Assembly: GCA_045568075.1 (NCBI GenBank) | Contig: JBJLBP010000001.1 | Coordinates: 1,566,521-1,598,520, forward strand | Length of the DNA stretch: 32,000 bases | Reading direction: 5' to 3' | Origin: Candidatus Thalassarchaeaceae archaeon | GTDB taxonomy: Archaea > Thermoplasmatota > Poseidoniia > Poseidoniales > Thalassarchaeaceae | Notes under the pieces: generated by a model | The model's input: the letters and a program-made list of their open reading frames with translations, nothing else | Told to the model about the DNA's origin: nothing | The model's database searches: none | Shown here: positions 17,130 through 26,544 of the stretch, in pieces | How positions within the stretch are numbered: the stretch's first letter is position 1 | Layout of the letters: the number at the start of each line of letters is the position of its first letter | Program-made: the position numbers and the translations under genes

Positions 17130-18422
17130 TCACTTCTTCTCGATCTTGATACAAACGCCAGCTGCAACGGTCTTACCCATGTCGCGGATAGCGAAGCGGC
17201 AGAGTTCAGGGAAGGTGTCCATCTGCTCAATAGCCATTGGCTTGGTTGGAGCGAAGCGAATCAACGCAGCGTCACCAGTCTTGAGGAACGGGGGGTTTGC
17301 TTCCTTGGTCTTCGAGTTCTCGAGCAAATCGACGAATCGAACTGCTACCTGAGAGGTGTGAGCGTGGAACACAGGAGTGTATCCAGCGCCGATCGCCTTC
17401 GGGATGTCCATGAGTTGAATCTGCCCGACGAAGGTTTCGTCGTGGCGCACGTATGCTGGTGCATTGTCTGAGTATCCAGCGACGTCACCACGGCGGATGT
17501 CAGTCGCAGCGAGGCCACGGACGTTGAATCCGACGTTGTCGCCTGGCTCGGCCTTGGCGACATTGGTGTGGTGCATCTCGATACTCTTGACTTCAGCAGA
17601 TTGCTCACTTGGGTTGAAGACAACAGTCTTACCAGCGTGTAGAACACCAGTCTCGATCTTGCCAACAGGCACAGTTCCAATTCCGCCGATCTTGTAGACG
17701 TCCTGAATCGGCAAGCGGAGAGGCTTGTCGACCGGCTTTGCTGGCATCTGGATGCCATCGATTGCCTCGAACAGGGTCTGACCCTTGTACCACTTCATGT
17801 TGTCAGACTTGTTGTAGAGGTTCTCACCGTTGAAGGAGGAACAAGGAATCTTTGGAACGTCGGCTGGATTGAATCCTGCAATCTTCAGAAGATTGTCAAC
17901 CTCAGTGCAAACTGTGTTGTACTTGTCTTCCGAGTAGTCGACACCGCTGATGTCCATCTTGTTGACGTTGACAATCAGTTGCTTGACTCCCAGAACCTTT
18001 GCGAGGAAAGCGTGCTCGCGCGTCTGCGCGTTAACGCCGTCGTTAGCTGCGCACAGAAGAACTGCGGCGTCAGCCTGGCTGGTTCCAGTAATCATGTTCT
18101 TCACGAAGTCACGGTGCCCAGGAGCATCGATGATTGTGAAGTAATAATTAGGTGTGAAAAGCTCCTTGTGCGCAACATCGATTGTGATTCCGCGCTCGCG
18201 CTCTTCCTTCAGTCCATCCATGACGTAAGCAAGACCGAATCCAGCCTTACCAGCCTCAGATGCTAGTTGTTCGTTCTTGTCAATGACGTGCTGCTCGATA
18301 TGACCTGTGTCGAGGAGGAGACGTCCTACGGTTGTTGACTTACCGTGATCGACGTGTCCAATAAACACGATATTAAGGTGCGGCTTGCTTTTATCTTCCC
18401 ACTGTGAACCCATGATAATCAA
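17130..18422 (-). CDS. tuf: translation elongation factor aEF-1alpha
   Basis: 430-aa ORF: KPHLNIVFIGHVDHGKSTTVGRLL, DAPGHRDF, NKMD. The true start may be the fourth codon (ATG at 18413). Confidence 0.97.
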   Translation of the reverse strand: MIIMGSQWEDKSKPHLNIVFIGHVDHGKSTTVGRLLLDTGHIEQHVIDKNEQLASEAGKAGFGLAYVMDGLKEERERGITIDVAHKELFTPNYYFTIIDAPGHRDFVKNMITGTSQADAAVLLCAANDGVNAQTREHAFLAKVLGVKQLIVNVNKMDISGVDYSEDKYNTVCTEVDNLLKIAGFNPADVPKIPCSSFNGENLYNKSDNMKWYKGQTLFEAIDGIQMPAKPVDKPLRLPIQDVYKIGGIGTVPVGKIETGVLHAGKTVVFNPSEQSAEVKSIEMHHTNVAKAEPGDNVGFNVRGLAATDIRRGDVAGYSDNAPAYVRHDETFVGQIQLMDIPKAIGAGYTPVFHAHTSQVAVRFVDLLENSKTKEANPPFLKTGDAALIRFAPTKPMAIEQMDTFPELCRFAIRDMGKTVAAGVCIKIEKK

Positions 18423-18522
18423 CTCTAAGTGTGCCCCGCCGACCGATGATGCCTTTATGAATCTCTCCCCATAGGGGAGGCCTTAATGAGTTCAGTAAGG
18501 GAGGTTCGTTTAGCGGCGCAGT

Positions 18523-19728
18523 TCATCGATATTGCAATTCAATCATGAGACTCTTGACCTCAGTGTTGTGAGTTTTCTCATTCTGCAAATCCACAGTCCA
18601 CGTTCCCGGCTCGAAACCTCGCACAGTAGAACCTCCTATGACAAGCCACACGCATCGGTCATCTGATTGACAATCACCGGCGTTGCGATTATCATCACCT
18701 ACGCCGGTTGTGTTGGCGACCTCTTTGTCAGTCTCGTTGAAGATGAAGAGGTCGAGCTTGTTCTCTGTGTCTACACCGCCGAATGGCTGGTCAGCATCCT
18801 CGGCGGGGTAAGTGAGTTTGGTACGGAGGTAACGAATCTTGTTTTGGCCATCTTCGTAGGATACTGGGTAATCGAAGGTCATGATGACTGGATCCTGATA
18901 TCGTCGGTCGATGACGAAGTCAGTCCAAGTTGCCCGGTAATTGATGTAGAGAGTCGAGTCATCGGAGTCGGTCAATCCGTTATTGTCGGTGACCGTTAGT
19001 TGGATGTCCCACGAACCTGCCGGCATATCCTCGAGATTGATCGATTCTCCAGTCGCGTCAACATCGTTGGTTGCGTCACCATCCTCATCTGAATCAATGT
19101 CGAGGTCAAGGTCCCACTCGTAGGATACAATGTATTCTTCAGCATAACAGTCGGAGTTGTCTGGGTTACAACCAGCCCAGGATTCCGAGCCATCCATGGT
19201 TACGCTAGCGGAGACGGTGATGCTGCGGTCGTTCTCGTCCTTATCCTCGCAGACCCAGACGAGAATGAATGAGCCAGCTGGTGGTTCCTCACCGTCGCAA
19301 TCATTGTCCTTGGAGGTACTGATTTCGGCGCGCGGCTCGCGCGCGGACGCGTCGACGACTGTGATTACCTTGGTAGCGGTCGCTTCGTAGGTGCCGTCAC
19401 TGACTGTCAAAGTCGCACCGTAATCACCTGGCTGAGAATAGGTATGGCTGGTTGTCAAGCCATTGCCGACGTTACCATCACCGAAATTCCAACTGAAGGT
19501 TAGTGCGTCGGCGTCGGGGTCTGAAGAGCCTACTGCGCTGAATGTGAGAGAGTCGCCTGCGCGAACTGCTCCGTCAGGGTCGACGCTCATTTTAGCGGTC
19601 GGCGCACTGTTGAGAGAAAGTGATTCGAGGCAGCCTGCAAATGCCATGCTTAGCATCAGCATGACCACGAATGGAGCCAGACCTCTGGTGCCTCTCATGG
19701 AATACGGTGGTATGGTGGCCGTCATCAA
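18523..19728 (-). CDS. secreted PKD-domain protein (lipobox-like FAGC)
   Basis: 401-aa ORF. N-terminal hydrophobic signal ending AFAGC. PKD signature FSAVGSSDPDADALTFSWNFGDGNVGNGLTTSHTYSQPGDYGATLTVSDG. Acidic, beta-rich C-terminal region. Confidence 0.8.
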   Translation of the reverse strand: MMTATIPPYSMRGTRGLAPFVVMLMLSMAFAGCLESLSLNSAPTAKMSVDPDGAVRAGDSLTFSAVGSSDPDADALTFSWNFGDGNVGNGLTTSHTYSQPGDYGATLTVSDGTYEATATKVITVVDASAREPRAEISTSKDNDCDGEEPPAGSFILVWVCEDKDENDRSITVSASVTMDGSESWAGCNPDNSDCYAEEYIVSYEWDLDLDIDSDEDGDATNDVDATGESINLEDMPAGSWDIQLTVTDNNGLTDSDDSTLYINYRATWTDFVIDRRYQDPVIMTFDYPVSYEDGQNKIRYLRTKLTYPAEDADQPFGGVDTENKLDLFIFNETDKEVANTTGVGDDNRNAGDCQSDDRCVWLVIGGSTVRGFEPGTWTVDLQNEKTHNTEVKSLMIELQYR

Positions 19729-19746
19729 CCCTACGGAATGATGTAA

Positions 19747-22443
19747 TCAGAAGAAATCGGACAAAGTTTGCTGCCTAGTCCCTTCTAGAAGCTCTTTTTG
19801 ATTCCACCCGAAGGCTTCGGTAATTCGGCCTAGAGCGGTGGCTAATCGCCGGGCATAGAACTCTGGATCGTAGACCGGCGGCTCAACTCCCAATTCATCG
19901 ACCATCCAGGCCTCTATGGTCATCGGTGAGGTCTTGGCATTGGTTACAATCCAGCCGACCTTCATCCCCGGAGTGAATCCGAGGCCTGCTTCGATACGTT
20001 GTTTCGCTGCGCGCACGTAAGGCATCGAATCGGGATTCTTGTAAGCCTTGGTGAAATCAACCGAACCATCACGTCGAAGACTGCCCTTGCAAGAGCGTGA
20101 GATGACGAGGTCGGCAACTTCGATGCGGCGTGAGCGCACATCGTCAATGACTGTCTTCGTAAGTTCAACCGAGGACCATGGATCGTTAGCGAGAATCAAC
20201 TCAAACATCTCAGTCATCGTCCTCGTCAGAATTCTGAACGAATCGGTACGCCTCACCTCGTAACCGCGGATGAGCATCTCCTCACGCGGCCAAACTACAC
20301 GTCCGACGTACCTCTTCTTTGCACCGTGTGAAAAGAAAGCCGAGAGAGCGGTTTCGAATTCGAGTTCTGCACCCTCTCTCGTGAATCGCTCGGCGAGTCG
20401 ATTACCAAAGCTAAGCGTCTCCTCACGAGCCGCCTTCCAATCTGCGAATACCAATGCATTCTCTGGAGGGCGGTCAATGGGTGAGTCCGCTTCGACAGGG
20501 GCGCGAACAAAGATCGAGTCGGTGTCGGAATAGACCACACCATAGCCATCATTCTCGAGGCTCGCAATGATTGTCCGAATGTTGTGCCGAGCCCATTCCG
20601 TGATACTCGCTCCGAGGTCAGGATGGGTGAATCGATAGAAAGAAGACGCGAATACTCCATAGAAGGAATTCATCAGAATTTTCACCGCATACTGCAGTTG
20701 GTCATGCAAGAAAGCAGCCTCTTCGTCACCCGATTCGCGTGCTTTCTTGAGCTCCGCTTTGTGATGGTCGCGCCGAGCCATAAGATCACTGAGCAGGCGC
20801 GGGACCAAACCATTCCGCTCATCGGTTGAAACGTAACGCGTGCTGGTGGCTGGAGAGATATTGTGTGAACTGTCGACACGCCCATCTCTGACAAGTGTGG
20901 TCGAGCAGATATTCTGTGCAATCATGATTGAAGGGTACATCGATTTGAAGTCGAGCACGGCGACCCAAGGATGGATTCCCGGCTCGACTTCGTGGACGTA
21001 GCCGCCAGCGATTTGGTCGCGGCGGCGGGGTCCTGATTGAGTCATCGGCACGGCGATATTCTCGCGGTCTGCGAGGCGGATTACAAGCGAGTCAATCCAT
21101 TGACTGGTCGTGCCAGCGGCAGCGGTTTCAACCGTAGTACTGGCTACCGCTGCCAGCGCTTCTTTGCGTTCGACGGATTGTAAGTGACCGAGGATGTCGA
21201 GTGGAAGATGAGTATCTCTGACACAGTATTCCATCACCTCATCTGGGCGAGCCGCCCATTCCTCATCCATCCGGCTTGCATCGATGTCGAGTTTCTGCTT
21301 GTCTTCGGAGTCCGGCCAGAGCATATTGGCGACGAAGCGGAGTGATTCACGCTCTGGCCGCAGGGTCTGGCGAACCTGCCACCAAGCATCCATCGGGATT
21401 CGGCCTGTCATCCGCCAGACTCGGTTGACGGCGCGTTCGGGCTTCAGCCTCTTGGCTTCGCTCTCAATCGCTGGAACGCGTCCCCAACCACACAAAGCAG
21501 CCTGCTCAAAACGCGAGCGACCCGAGTTCTCCTCGGCTCGCTCGATAATCCGCGGCAGATCGAAATTATCGATATTGTATCCTGTGATGAAATCAGGATC
21601 TTCGTCGCGCACCAGCCGAGTCATCCCCTCGAGGATGTCTTTCTCGGCCCCACGGAACTCATGCTCGGTGCGTGAACCTCCACGATCAACCACAACTGCC
21701 GCGCACAGAATCGTATTGTGTTTCACGCTCGTCTCCAAATCTAGAGAGAGTGTGACAAAGGGAGCGGGGAAAGGATCTGCACGAGATAGGTCTTCGACTG
21801 TACAAGAGATTACCACATCGCATGGATAGAGTCCCGAGCCGCCGAAGTCGCGGATGCGCTCGGCGGCCTCGACGCGCCCACCATCAAAATCGGCAGCCAA
21901 CTCGGCGGGTGCACGGCTACCAGCCCACAACACCTCACCTGTAACACGCACGTGAGGACCGAGGTCGAGGTCGAGCAGCAAGCGCTGAACAAACAAAATG
22001 TCCGCACTGGTCACCTCCCAATCGTTGTCCGCAAGCAGTCGCTTGCGCAAGCGGGGCACCACGTATGGCTGCTCAACATCCACTCGCCAGTGAGGTTTCA
22101 TTCCCAAAGGAGTCCACTTCTCAACAGGCTCGCCGATACCGGTAACCTCGCTCATTTCGCGCACCAAATCGAGTGATAGGTCCGCTGCCTCAGCCTGACG
22201 TGGCTTTCCAGGCAGCGCAATCTCGAGGAACGGTTTCAATCCTTGAACAAGCACAACGACGGAATGTCCCTCGCGCGCACGGCACCACAACTCAACAGTT
22301 GTGCGCGGCGGAGTCGAAGCCACCGCCTGATACGATCCGGAGACGATGCACATCTCTCCTTCCCAACGCATGGTAGAACCCCGAGTGACCGTGGGTGAGT
22401 CACCAATGAAGCCTTTTGCGGAGGGCTGAAAATCAGATTTCAC
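19747..22443 (-). CDS. polB: family B DNA polymerase
   Basis: 898-aa ORF. ExoI LSLDLETS, ExoII YNIDNFDLP, ExoIII YCVRDTHLPLDIL. Motif A LDFKSMYPSIM, motif B KILMNSFYG, motif C YSDTDS, and KKRYVG. GTG at 22443; the alternative ATG at 22371 (MRWEGEM) is equally plausible. Confidence 0.95.
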   Translation of the reverse strand: MKSDFQPSAKGFIGDSPTVTRGSTMRWEGEMCIVSGSYQAVASTPPRTTVELWCRAREGHSVVVLVQGLKPFLEIALPGKPRQAEAADLSLDLVREMSEVTGIGEPVEKWTPLGMKPHWRVDVEQPYVVPRLRKRLLADNDWEVTSADILFVQRLLLDLDLGPHVRVTGEVLWAGSRAPAELAADFDGGRVEAAERIRDFGGSGLYPCDVVISCTVEDLSRADPFPAPFVTLSLDLETSVKHNTILCAAVVVDRGGSRTEHEFRGAEKDILEGMTRLVRDEDPDFITGYNIDNFDLPRIIERAEENSGRSRFEQAALCGWGRVPAIESEAKRLKPERAVNRVWRMTGRIPMDAWWQVRQTLRPERESLRFVANMLWPDSEDKQKLDIDASRMDEEWAARPDEVMEYCVRDTHLPLDILGHLQSVERKEALAAVASTTVETAAAGTTSQWIDSLVIRLADRENIAVPMTQSGPRRRDQIAGGYVHEVEPGIHPWVAVLDFKSMYPSIMIAQNICSTTLVRDGRVDSSHNISPATSTRYVSTDERNGLVPRLLSDLMARRDHHKAELKKARESGDEEAAFLHDQLQYAVKILMNSFYGVFASSFYRFTHPDLGASITEWARHNIRTIIASLENDGYGVVYSDTDSIFVRAPVEADSPIDRPPENALVFADWKAAREETLSFGNRLAERFTREGAELEFETALSAFFSHGAKKRYVGRVVWPREEMLIRGYEVRRTDSFRILTRTMTEMFELILANDPWSSVELTKTVIDDVRSRRIEVADLVISRSCKGSLRRDGSVDFTKAYKNPDSMPYVRAAKQRIEAGLGFTPGMKVGWIVTNAKTSPMTIEAWMVDELGVEPPVYDPEFYARRLATALGRITEAFGWNQKELLEGTRQQTLSDFF

Positions 22444-22502
22444 GAGTTTGTTCAGAAATTGTTGAAAACCGACCCCTCTCCCACTGATTCATCGGTGGTC
22501 GG

Positions 22503-23540
22503 ATGATGGAGGAAACAGATTCCGGAGCCGAGCCTGCTATTGACTGGGACTCGATGACTTTCAGCTTCACCGAGACCGACCGAATGTACATCGCAAAGTG
22601 CAAACAAGGCGAAGATTGGCAAGCGGGCATAATGCAGGACTTCCAAGAGCTCAGACTCTCCCCTGCTGCGGGCGTCATCAACTACGGACAGGGACTGTTC
22701 GAGGGGATGAAAGCGCGGCGGGCGGAAGATGGCAGAGTGCTGCTATTCCGCCCGGAACTGAATGCGAGGCGCGCCCAGGGTGGCAGTAAGCGCCTCGGGA
22801 TGGCTGTTGTATCGGAGGAGATGTTCCTCGATGCAGTCCATCAGGTGGTTCAAGAGAACATCAGGTGGCTTCCACCTAACGGACGCGGAGAACTCTACAT
22901 TCGCCCACTAATCTTTGGCAGTGGTGCGATTCTTGGAGTCGCTCCCGCACCCGAATACACATTCTTGGTCTATGCAGTACCCGTTGGACCTTACTTCAAG
23001 GGCGGAATGAATCCGATTGCACTGAAGGTGTCCAATGAATTCCACCGAGCTGCGCCCGGTGGTTCGGGCGGCGTCAAGGCGATTGGAAATTACGCGCCCG
23101 GAATGATGCCTTCGAAGAATGCGAAAGCAGAGGGATATGCTGAGATCATCTATCTCGACGCTGTTCATCACCGATACGTCGAGGAGGTCGGAGCGGCCAA
23201 CTTCTTCTGTGTCAAGGACAATGTTCTCTACACTCCAGAGTTGACCGGAACGATTCTTCCCGGAATTACCCGACTCTCTGTCATCGAGCTCGCTCGCTCA
23301 CTCGGCTACCAAGTGCTCGAGACGAAAGTCGACATCGAATTCGCGATGGGGTCCGATGAAGCCTTCTGCGCTGGAACCGCAGCAGTCATCTCACCAATCG
23401 GCTCAATCGAGCACGGTGGTAATGTGGCGACCTATTGCGATGGCGAGGTCGGTGCGGTCACCAAGCAACTCTACGATGCCTTGTCTGCCATACAAGAGGG
23501 CAGAGCCCCAGACCCATTCGGCTGGACCCCATCGGTCTGA
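22503..23540 (+). CDS. ilvE: branched-chain amino acid aminotransferase (fold type IV)
   Basis: 345-aa ORF: YGQGLFEGMKARR, LFRPELNARR, GGSGGVKAIGNYAPGM, EVGAANFF, ILPGITR. Confidence 0.92.
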   Translation: MMEETDSGAEPAIDWDSMTFSFTETDRMYIAKCKQGEDWQAGIMQDFQELRLSPAAGVINYGQGLFEGMKARRAEDGRVLLFRPELNARRAQGGSKRLGMAVVSEEMFLDAVHQVVQENIRWLPPNGRGELYIRPLIFGSGAILGVAPAPEYTFLVYAVPVGPYFKGGMNPIALKVSNEFHRAAPGGSGGVKAIGNYAPGMMPSKNAKAEGYAEIIYLDAVHHRYVEEVGAANFFCVKDNVLYTPELTGTILPGITRLSVIELARSLGYQVLETKVDIEFAMGSDEAFCAGTAAVISPIGSIEHGGNVATYCDGEVGAVTKQLYDALSAIQEGRAPDPFGWTPSV

Positions 23541-24359
23541 CCGCTCTTGGCTCCAAATCATTCTATTGGAATTACTGGGAACAAATCTGTAGTAGAGTGT
23601 GAATTCATACTCAGAAGTTGGCCAAACCGAAGAAGGATCCATAGTCATCGTAGCGATGTACCTGGCCCGACCCTTGGTAATTTCCATTCTCATCGAAAGC
23701 AGATTGCCGGATTGAGTATCAATCTCGTTCCAAGATGGATAAGATCTCAATAGAGATATTCTCCCAACCACCGTACAAACTTCGTGTATCTTAGAGCGAG
23801 CAGGGACCTTCGCTCGTATTCCAGGGATGATCGTAATAGAATGAGTTCGCCCCAACTCATTTGTGGGCCACCAACGTCGCAGTGGTAGTCGCAGATGGGA
23901 GCAATCCAAGTCACCCCAGCAGCCAGAGTAAGCTGTGCTGGCCATGAATACTGGATATACTCAATTGCGTAGCCCTCCGGGATGTCTATAGTCAAGAATT
24001 GATAACTGATATCCGTAAACTTGCGCTAGCCCAATGGAATTGGCATGGGAGCCTTCGCAAAGGCTCCGTAACGGTCGAAGTACCAGGCCGCCTCATCTAG
24101 CAAATCGGCCACTAGTGGAGTTGTAGGTTTGTTCCCACGCATTGTAGTAATTGCTGCTATCTTCCCAATAGTTTACTTGGTTCGATGAGCCGTTTGATTG
24201 ACTACCAACGATATAGAATACACTGCATGAGAAAGTCGAAGGCATCAGTCCTCTCCGAATTTGTCAGGTAATCATAGTAAGTGAAGGTGTAAGTGAAATC
24301 GTTATCCTGAGGGTCAGCCGGGGGGTTGATAATCGGGGAACAAATCTAATGCCGTAAAT
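23541..24359 (-). pseudogene. decayed continuation of the lipoprotein gene that starts at 24761
   Basis: About 820 bp with no intact long ORF in an otherwise gene-dense window. Minus-strand coding-like stretches change frame at least five times. One frame is open for about 140 codons (24172 to 23747) except for a single TAG at 24026-24028. A C6/G6 run at 24320-24325 lies at one of the frame switches. Confidence 0.4.
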
Positions 24360-24761
24360 TCAAGATGTGCAACGAACATCAGGCCGCCTCCACTTGTCTG
24401 TTCCATTGACTCCTTCTCCAAACGAGGCGCCTCCGATATTCCAGGTGTTTTCAGACTGGTCGTAATTGTTGTTTTCAACTTCCCCACCATCGACATTCGT
24501 TGTGTTGTTGAAGTTGTTATTCACAATGTCGTGATAGGTGCCATCATCAACGATATATGTCGTATTGTTGTGGTAGTGAATCTCCTGATTCACCGTCACA
24601 GACGTGTTATTGATGAAGTCCTGAAGGTTATCATCAATCATCTCGTTTAGTATCTCCATATCTATTCCAGAAGTGCCATCTCCATCTGGATCACCAGAGG
24701 TACATCCAGCAAAGGATGCGCTCAGCATCAGTAGAATCATTGGTATCGCGACTGCTCTCAT
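24360..24761 (-). CDS. lipoprotein N-terminal fragment (Asn-rich), probably the truncated head of a longer ancestral gene
   Basis: 133-aa ORF. Signal with lipobox MILLMLSASFAGC, then GDPDGDG and an N/T-rich region. The ORF ends where another frame continues. Confidence 0.5.
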   Translation of the reverse strand: MRAVAIPMILLMLSASFAGCTSGDPDGDGTSGIDMEILNEMIDDNLQDFINNTSVTVNQEIHYHNNTTYIVDDGTYHDIVNNNFNNTTNVDGGEVENNNYDQSENTWNIGGASFGEGVNGTDKWRRPDVRCTS

Positions 24762-24885
24762 TGTTTCAGCAATGAAAATCGGCCTATGATAAACTTAGAG
24801 CAGGATTCAGCGCTTTCCGAATTTCTTACGTCGAGAAGACCCGGATTTTCCTTTGAATGACTTTCTTTGGGCGCGTTGCTGACGA

Positions 24886-25260
24886 TTACCACGCGAGGGG
24901 CCCTTTGCCGTGGCTTGAGCCTCGGCCTCCTTTGCCTCCTTCATCTGACTTCGAAGCCGAAGACCAATCGACTGAAGCACACCCTCCTTCGACTCGGCTT
25001 TGGTCGAGCCGAGAGCGTCTTTGGCAGAAATCTCCAGCCGTCCCCTCTTGGGAATAGGGTCGTGATGGGTGGCTTGTCTCTGGCTTGCGGCGCATCCGTG
25101 TAATTCCAGCCGCGCGCGCAGCCCATGCTACAGCTTCCAGAGTAGGATTAGCAATCGCGGCCTCCTTCGGCACACGACGCCCCTCTGATCGGCTCAACCG
25201 GGCGTCGAAATACCCAGTCCAAACCCACATCTCTTCTGTGCGCGAAGCCATTGCTGTCAC
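24886..25260 (-). CDS. srp19: signal recognition particle protein SRP19 (as-sequenced ORF; the C-terminal half appears frameshifted)
   Basis: N-terminal half matches the SRP19 pattern (VWTGYFDARLSRSEGRRVPKEAAIANPTLEAVAWAARAAGI...SHPSRPYSQEG). The expected continuation (GRLEISAKDALGSTKAESKEGVLQSIGLRLRSQ plus a basic tail) is in a different frame that ends at 24807. Confidence 0.8.
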   Translation of the reverse strand: MTAMASRTEEMWVWTGYFDARLSRSEGRRVPKEAAIANPTLEAVAWAARAAGITRMRRKPETSHPSRPYSQEGTAGDFCQRRSRLDQSRVEGGCASVDWSSASKSDEGGKGGRGSSHGKGPLAW

Positions 25261-25354
25261 CCCTGCGGTAAATCGGACTCACTTGAGACGTTCGGCAATA
25301 CGAAGTCGAAGAAAGTGCAGAAGCGAATCTAGCCGAACCGGCTTGATTCCAATT

Positions 25355-25750
25355 TCACTCTTCGATGAGAATGCCGGAGACGACGCCATCCATGCCCGGG
25401 CGCGAGGTAATTCTTACCTTGCCAGCCTCGGTATCTGCGATCGCGCCCTTGGTGATGATGTTGCGTCGAACGTAGTTAGGGTCAGCATCATTCTGAATGA
25501 CGCTCTTTATTGTGGAGCGGATGGTCTTGCCAGTCTTTGGGTCACTGACATTGACTGAGTTTGCTTGCATGACTCGAACGGTGGTTGAACCAGCGTGCTT
25601 TCGGTAGCCCTTGCGAATGTCCTTCTCGCCAATAAAGGCGAACTGCTTCTCGCTGGAAATCTCCTTTCGGCGCTTGCCTCGGTAGCGGTTTGGTCGCTTC
25701 AAGCGTCCGCCGGTCGGCTTGCGTCGTGAGATGCCATGCCACTGTGCCAT
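25355..25750 (-). CDS. rps8e: 30S ribosomal protein S8e (eS8)
   Basis: 131-aa ORF: MAQWHGISRRKPTGGRLKRPNRYRGKRRKE...NYVRRNIITKGAI. GGGAGG lies 16 nt upstream. Confidence 0.95.
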   Translation of the reverse strand: MAQWHGISRRKPTGGRLKRPNRYRGKRRKEISSEKQFAFIGEKDIRKGYRKHAGSTTVRVMQANSVNVSDPKTGKTIRSTIKSVIQNDADPNYVRRNIITKGAIADTEAGKVRITSRPGMDGVVSGILIEE

Positions 25751-25840
25751 GCGCCTCGCCGACCAACCTCCCTTATTTCAATCGATTGGCAAGAGAGTAA
25801 TTTCTCTGTCTGCCGACCCTTACGGGTCGATGAAGCCCGA

Positions 25841-26458
25841 TTACTCGCCCATGGCGCTGGCAGCGGCTTCGATCTGCGCCATGAGTTCGGCGTAGTCTGT
25901 GACGACTGGGAACTGCGGGAATTCGTCGATTACATTCTGCGGTGGACGGAACAAAATACCAGTATGAGCTTCTGCTAACATGTTGGTATCGTTGTATGAA
26001 TCGCCGATTGCAATCGTCTTGAAATTCATCGCGCGAAGACCCTCGACAGTCACTCGCTTCTGGTCTTCGAGGCGGATGCTCCAACCACTTATCATCCGCG
26101 TTTCATCGTTGATTTGCAGGTCGTGGCAGTAGAGCGTCGGGCGGTCGAGTGTGACCATCATCGGTTCACCAAATTGGTAGAAGGTGTCGGATAGAATCAG
26201 CACTTGCCAACGCGCGCGTACGGCATCGAGAAAGGCCTTGGCCCCTGGCAATGGCTCCATAGTGGCGATAACTTGCTGGATATCGTCGATGGTGATTCCA
26301 TTCTCGTTGAGAATGTCGAGCCGGTATCGCATGAGTTTGTCATAATCCGGCTCGTCCCTTGTTGTTCGTCGCAGTGCATCGATTCCGGTCTTTTCAGCGA
26401 CGTTGATCCAGACCTCGGGCATGAGGACCCCTTCCAAGTCGAAGCAGACCACGTGCAT
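25841..26458 (-). CDS. thrH: ThrH-type HAD phosphatase (phosphoserine phosphatase / homoserine phosphotransferase)
   Basis: 205-aa ORF that appears collinear with Pseudomonas ThrH as I remember it. Matching segments: CFDLEGVLMPEVWI..AEKTGIDAL..TTRDEPDYDKLM, ILSDTFYQF, GDSYNDTNMLAEAHTGILFRPPQNVIDEFPQFP. Confidence 0.88.
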   Translation of the reverse strand: MHVVCFDLEGVLMPEVWINVAEKTGIDALRRTTRDEPDYDKLMRYRLDILNENGITIDDIQQVIATMEPLPGAKAFLDAVRARWQVLILSDTFYQFGEPMMVTLDRPTLYCHDLQINDETRMISGWSIRLEDQKRVTVEGLRAMNFKTIAIGDSYNDTNMLAEAHTGILFRPPQNVIDEFPQFPVVTDYAELMAQIEAAASAMGE

Positions 26459-26544
26459 GACAGGGGCTTCGAGTGGTTGGCTTCAACATATTCGCACATG
26501 AAACCTGCGCGAGGTTCATTGAATGCGGGCCTCGCGTTCTAATT

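Noticed and set aside
21284-21829. 181-aa plus-strand ORF inside polB, and similar shadow ORFs in pepC (15997..16497) and tuf (17345..17758)
   Set aside because: All overlap genes with unambiguous conserved motifs in another frame or on the other strand.
23403-23945. 180-aa minus-strand ORF taken at face value as a gene
   Set aside because: Its last 46 codons are antisense to the ilvE 3' end (138-bp overlap) and its N-terminal half is not protein-like. Only its middle part looks coding, so I treat it as a fragment of the decayed gene.
24026-24028. In-frame TAG within the longest open stretch of the 23.5-24.4 kb region (possible pyrrolysine readthrough)
   Set aside because: The same region has several frameshifts, and no Pyl machinery or PYLIS-like context is evident in the window. 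A nonsense lesion in a pseudogene is the simpler reading.
25040-25050. Programmed ribosomal frameshifting in SRP19
   Set aside because: I see no recognisable slippery heptamer or downstream stimulatory structure. The site is a plain 4-nt homopolymer, so an indel (real or consensus error) is more parsimonious.
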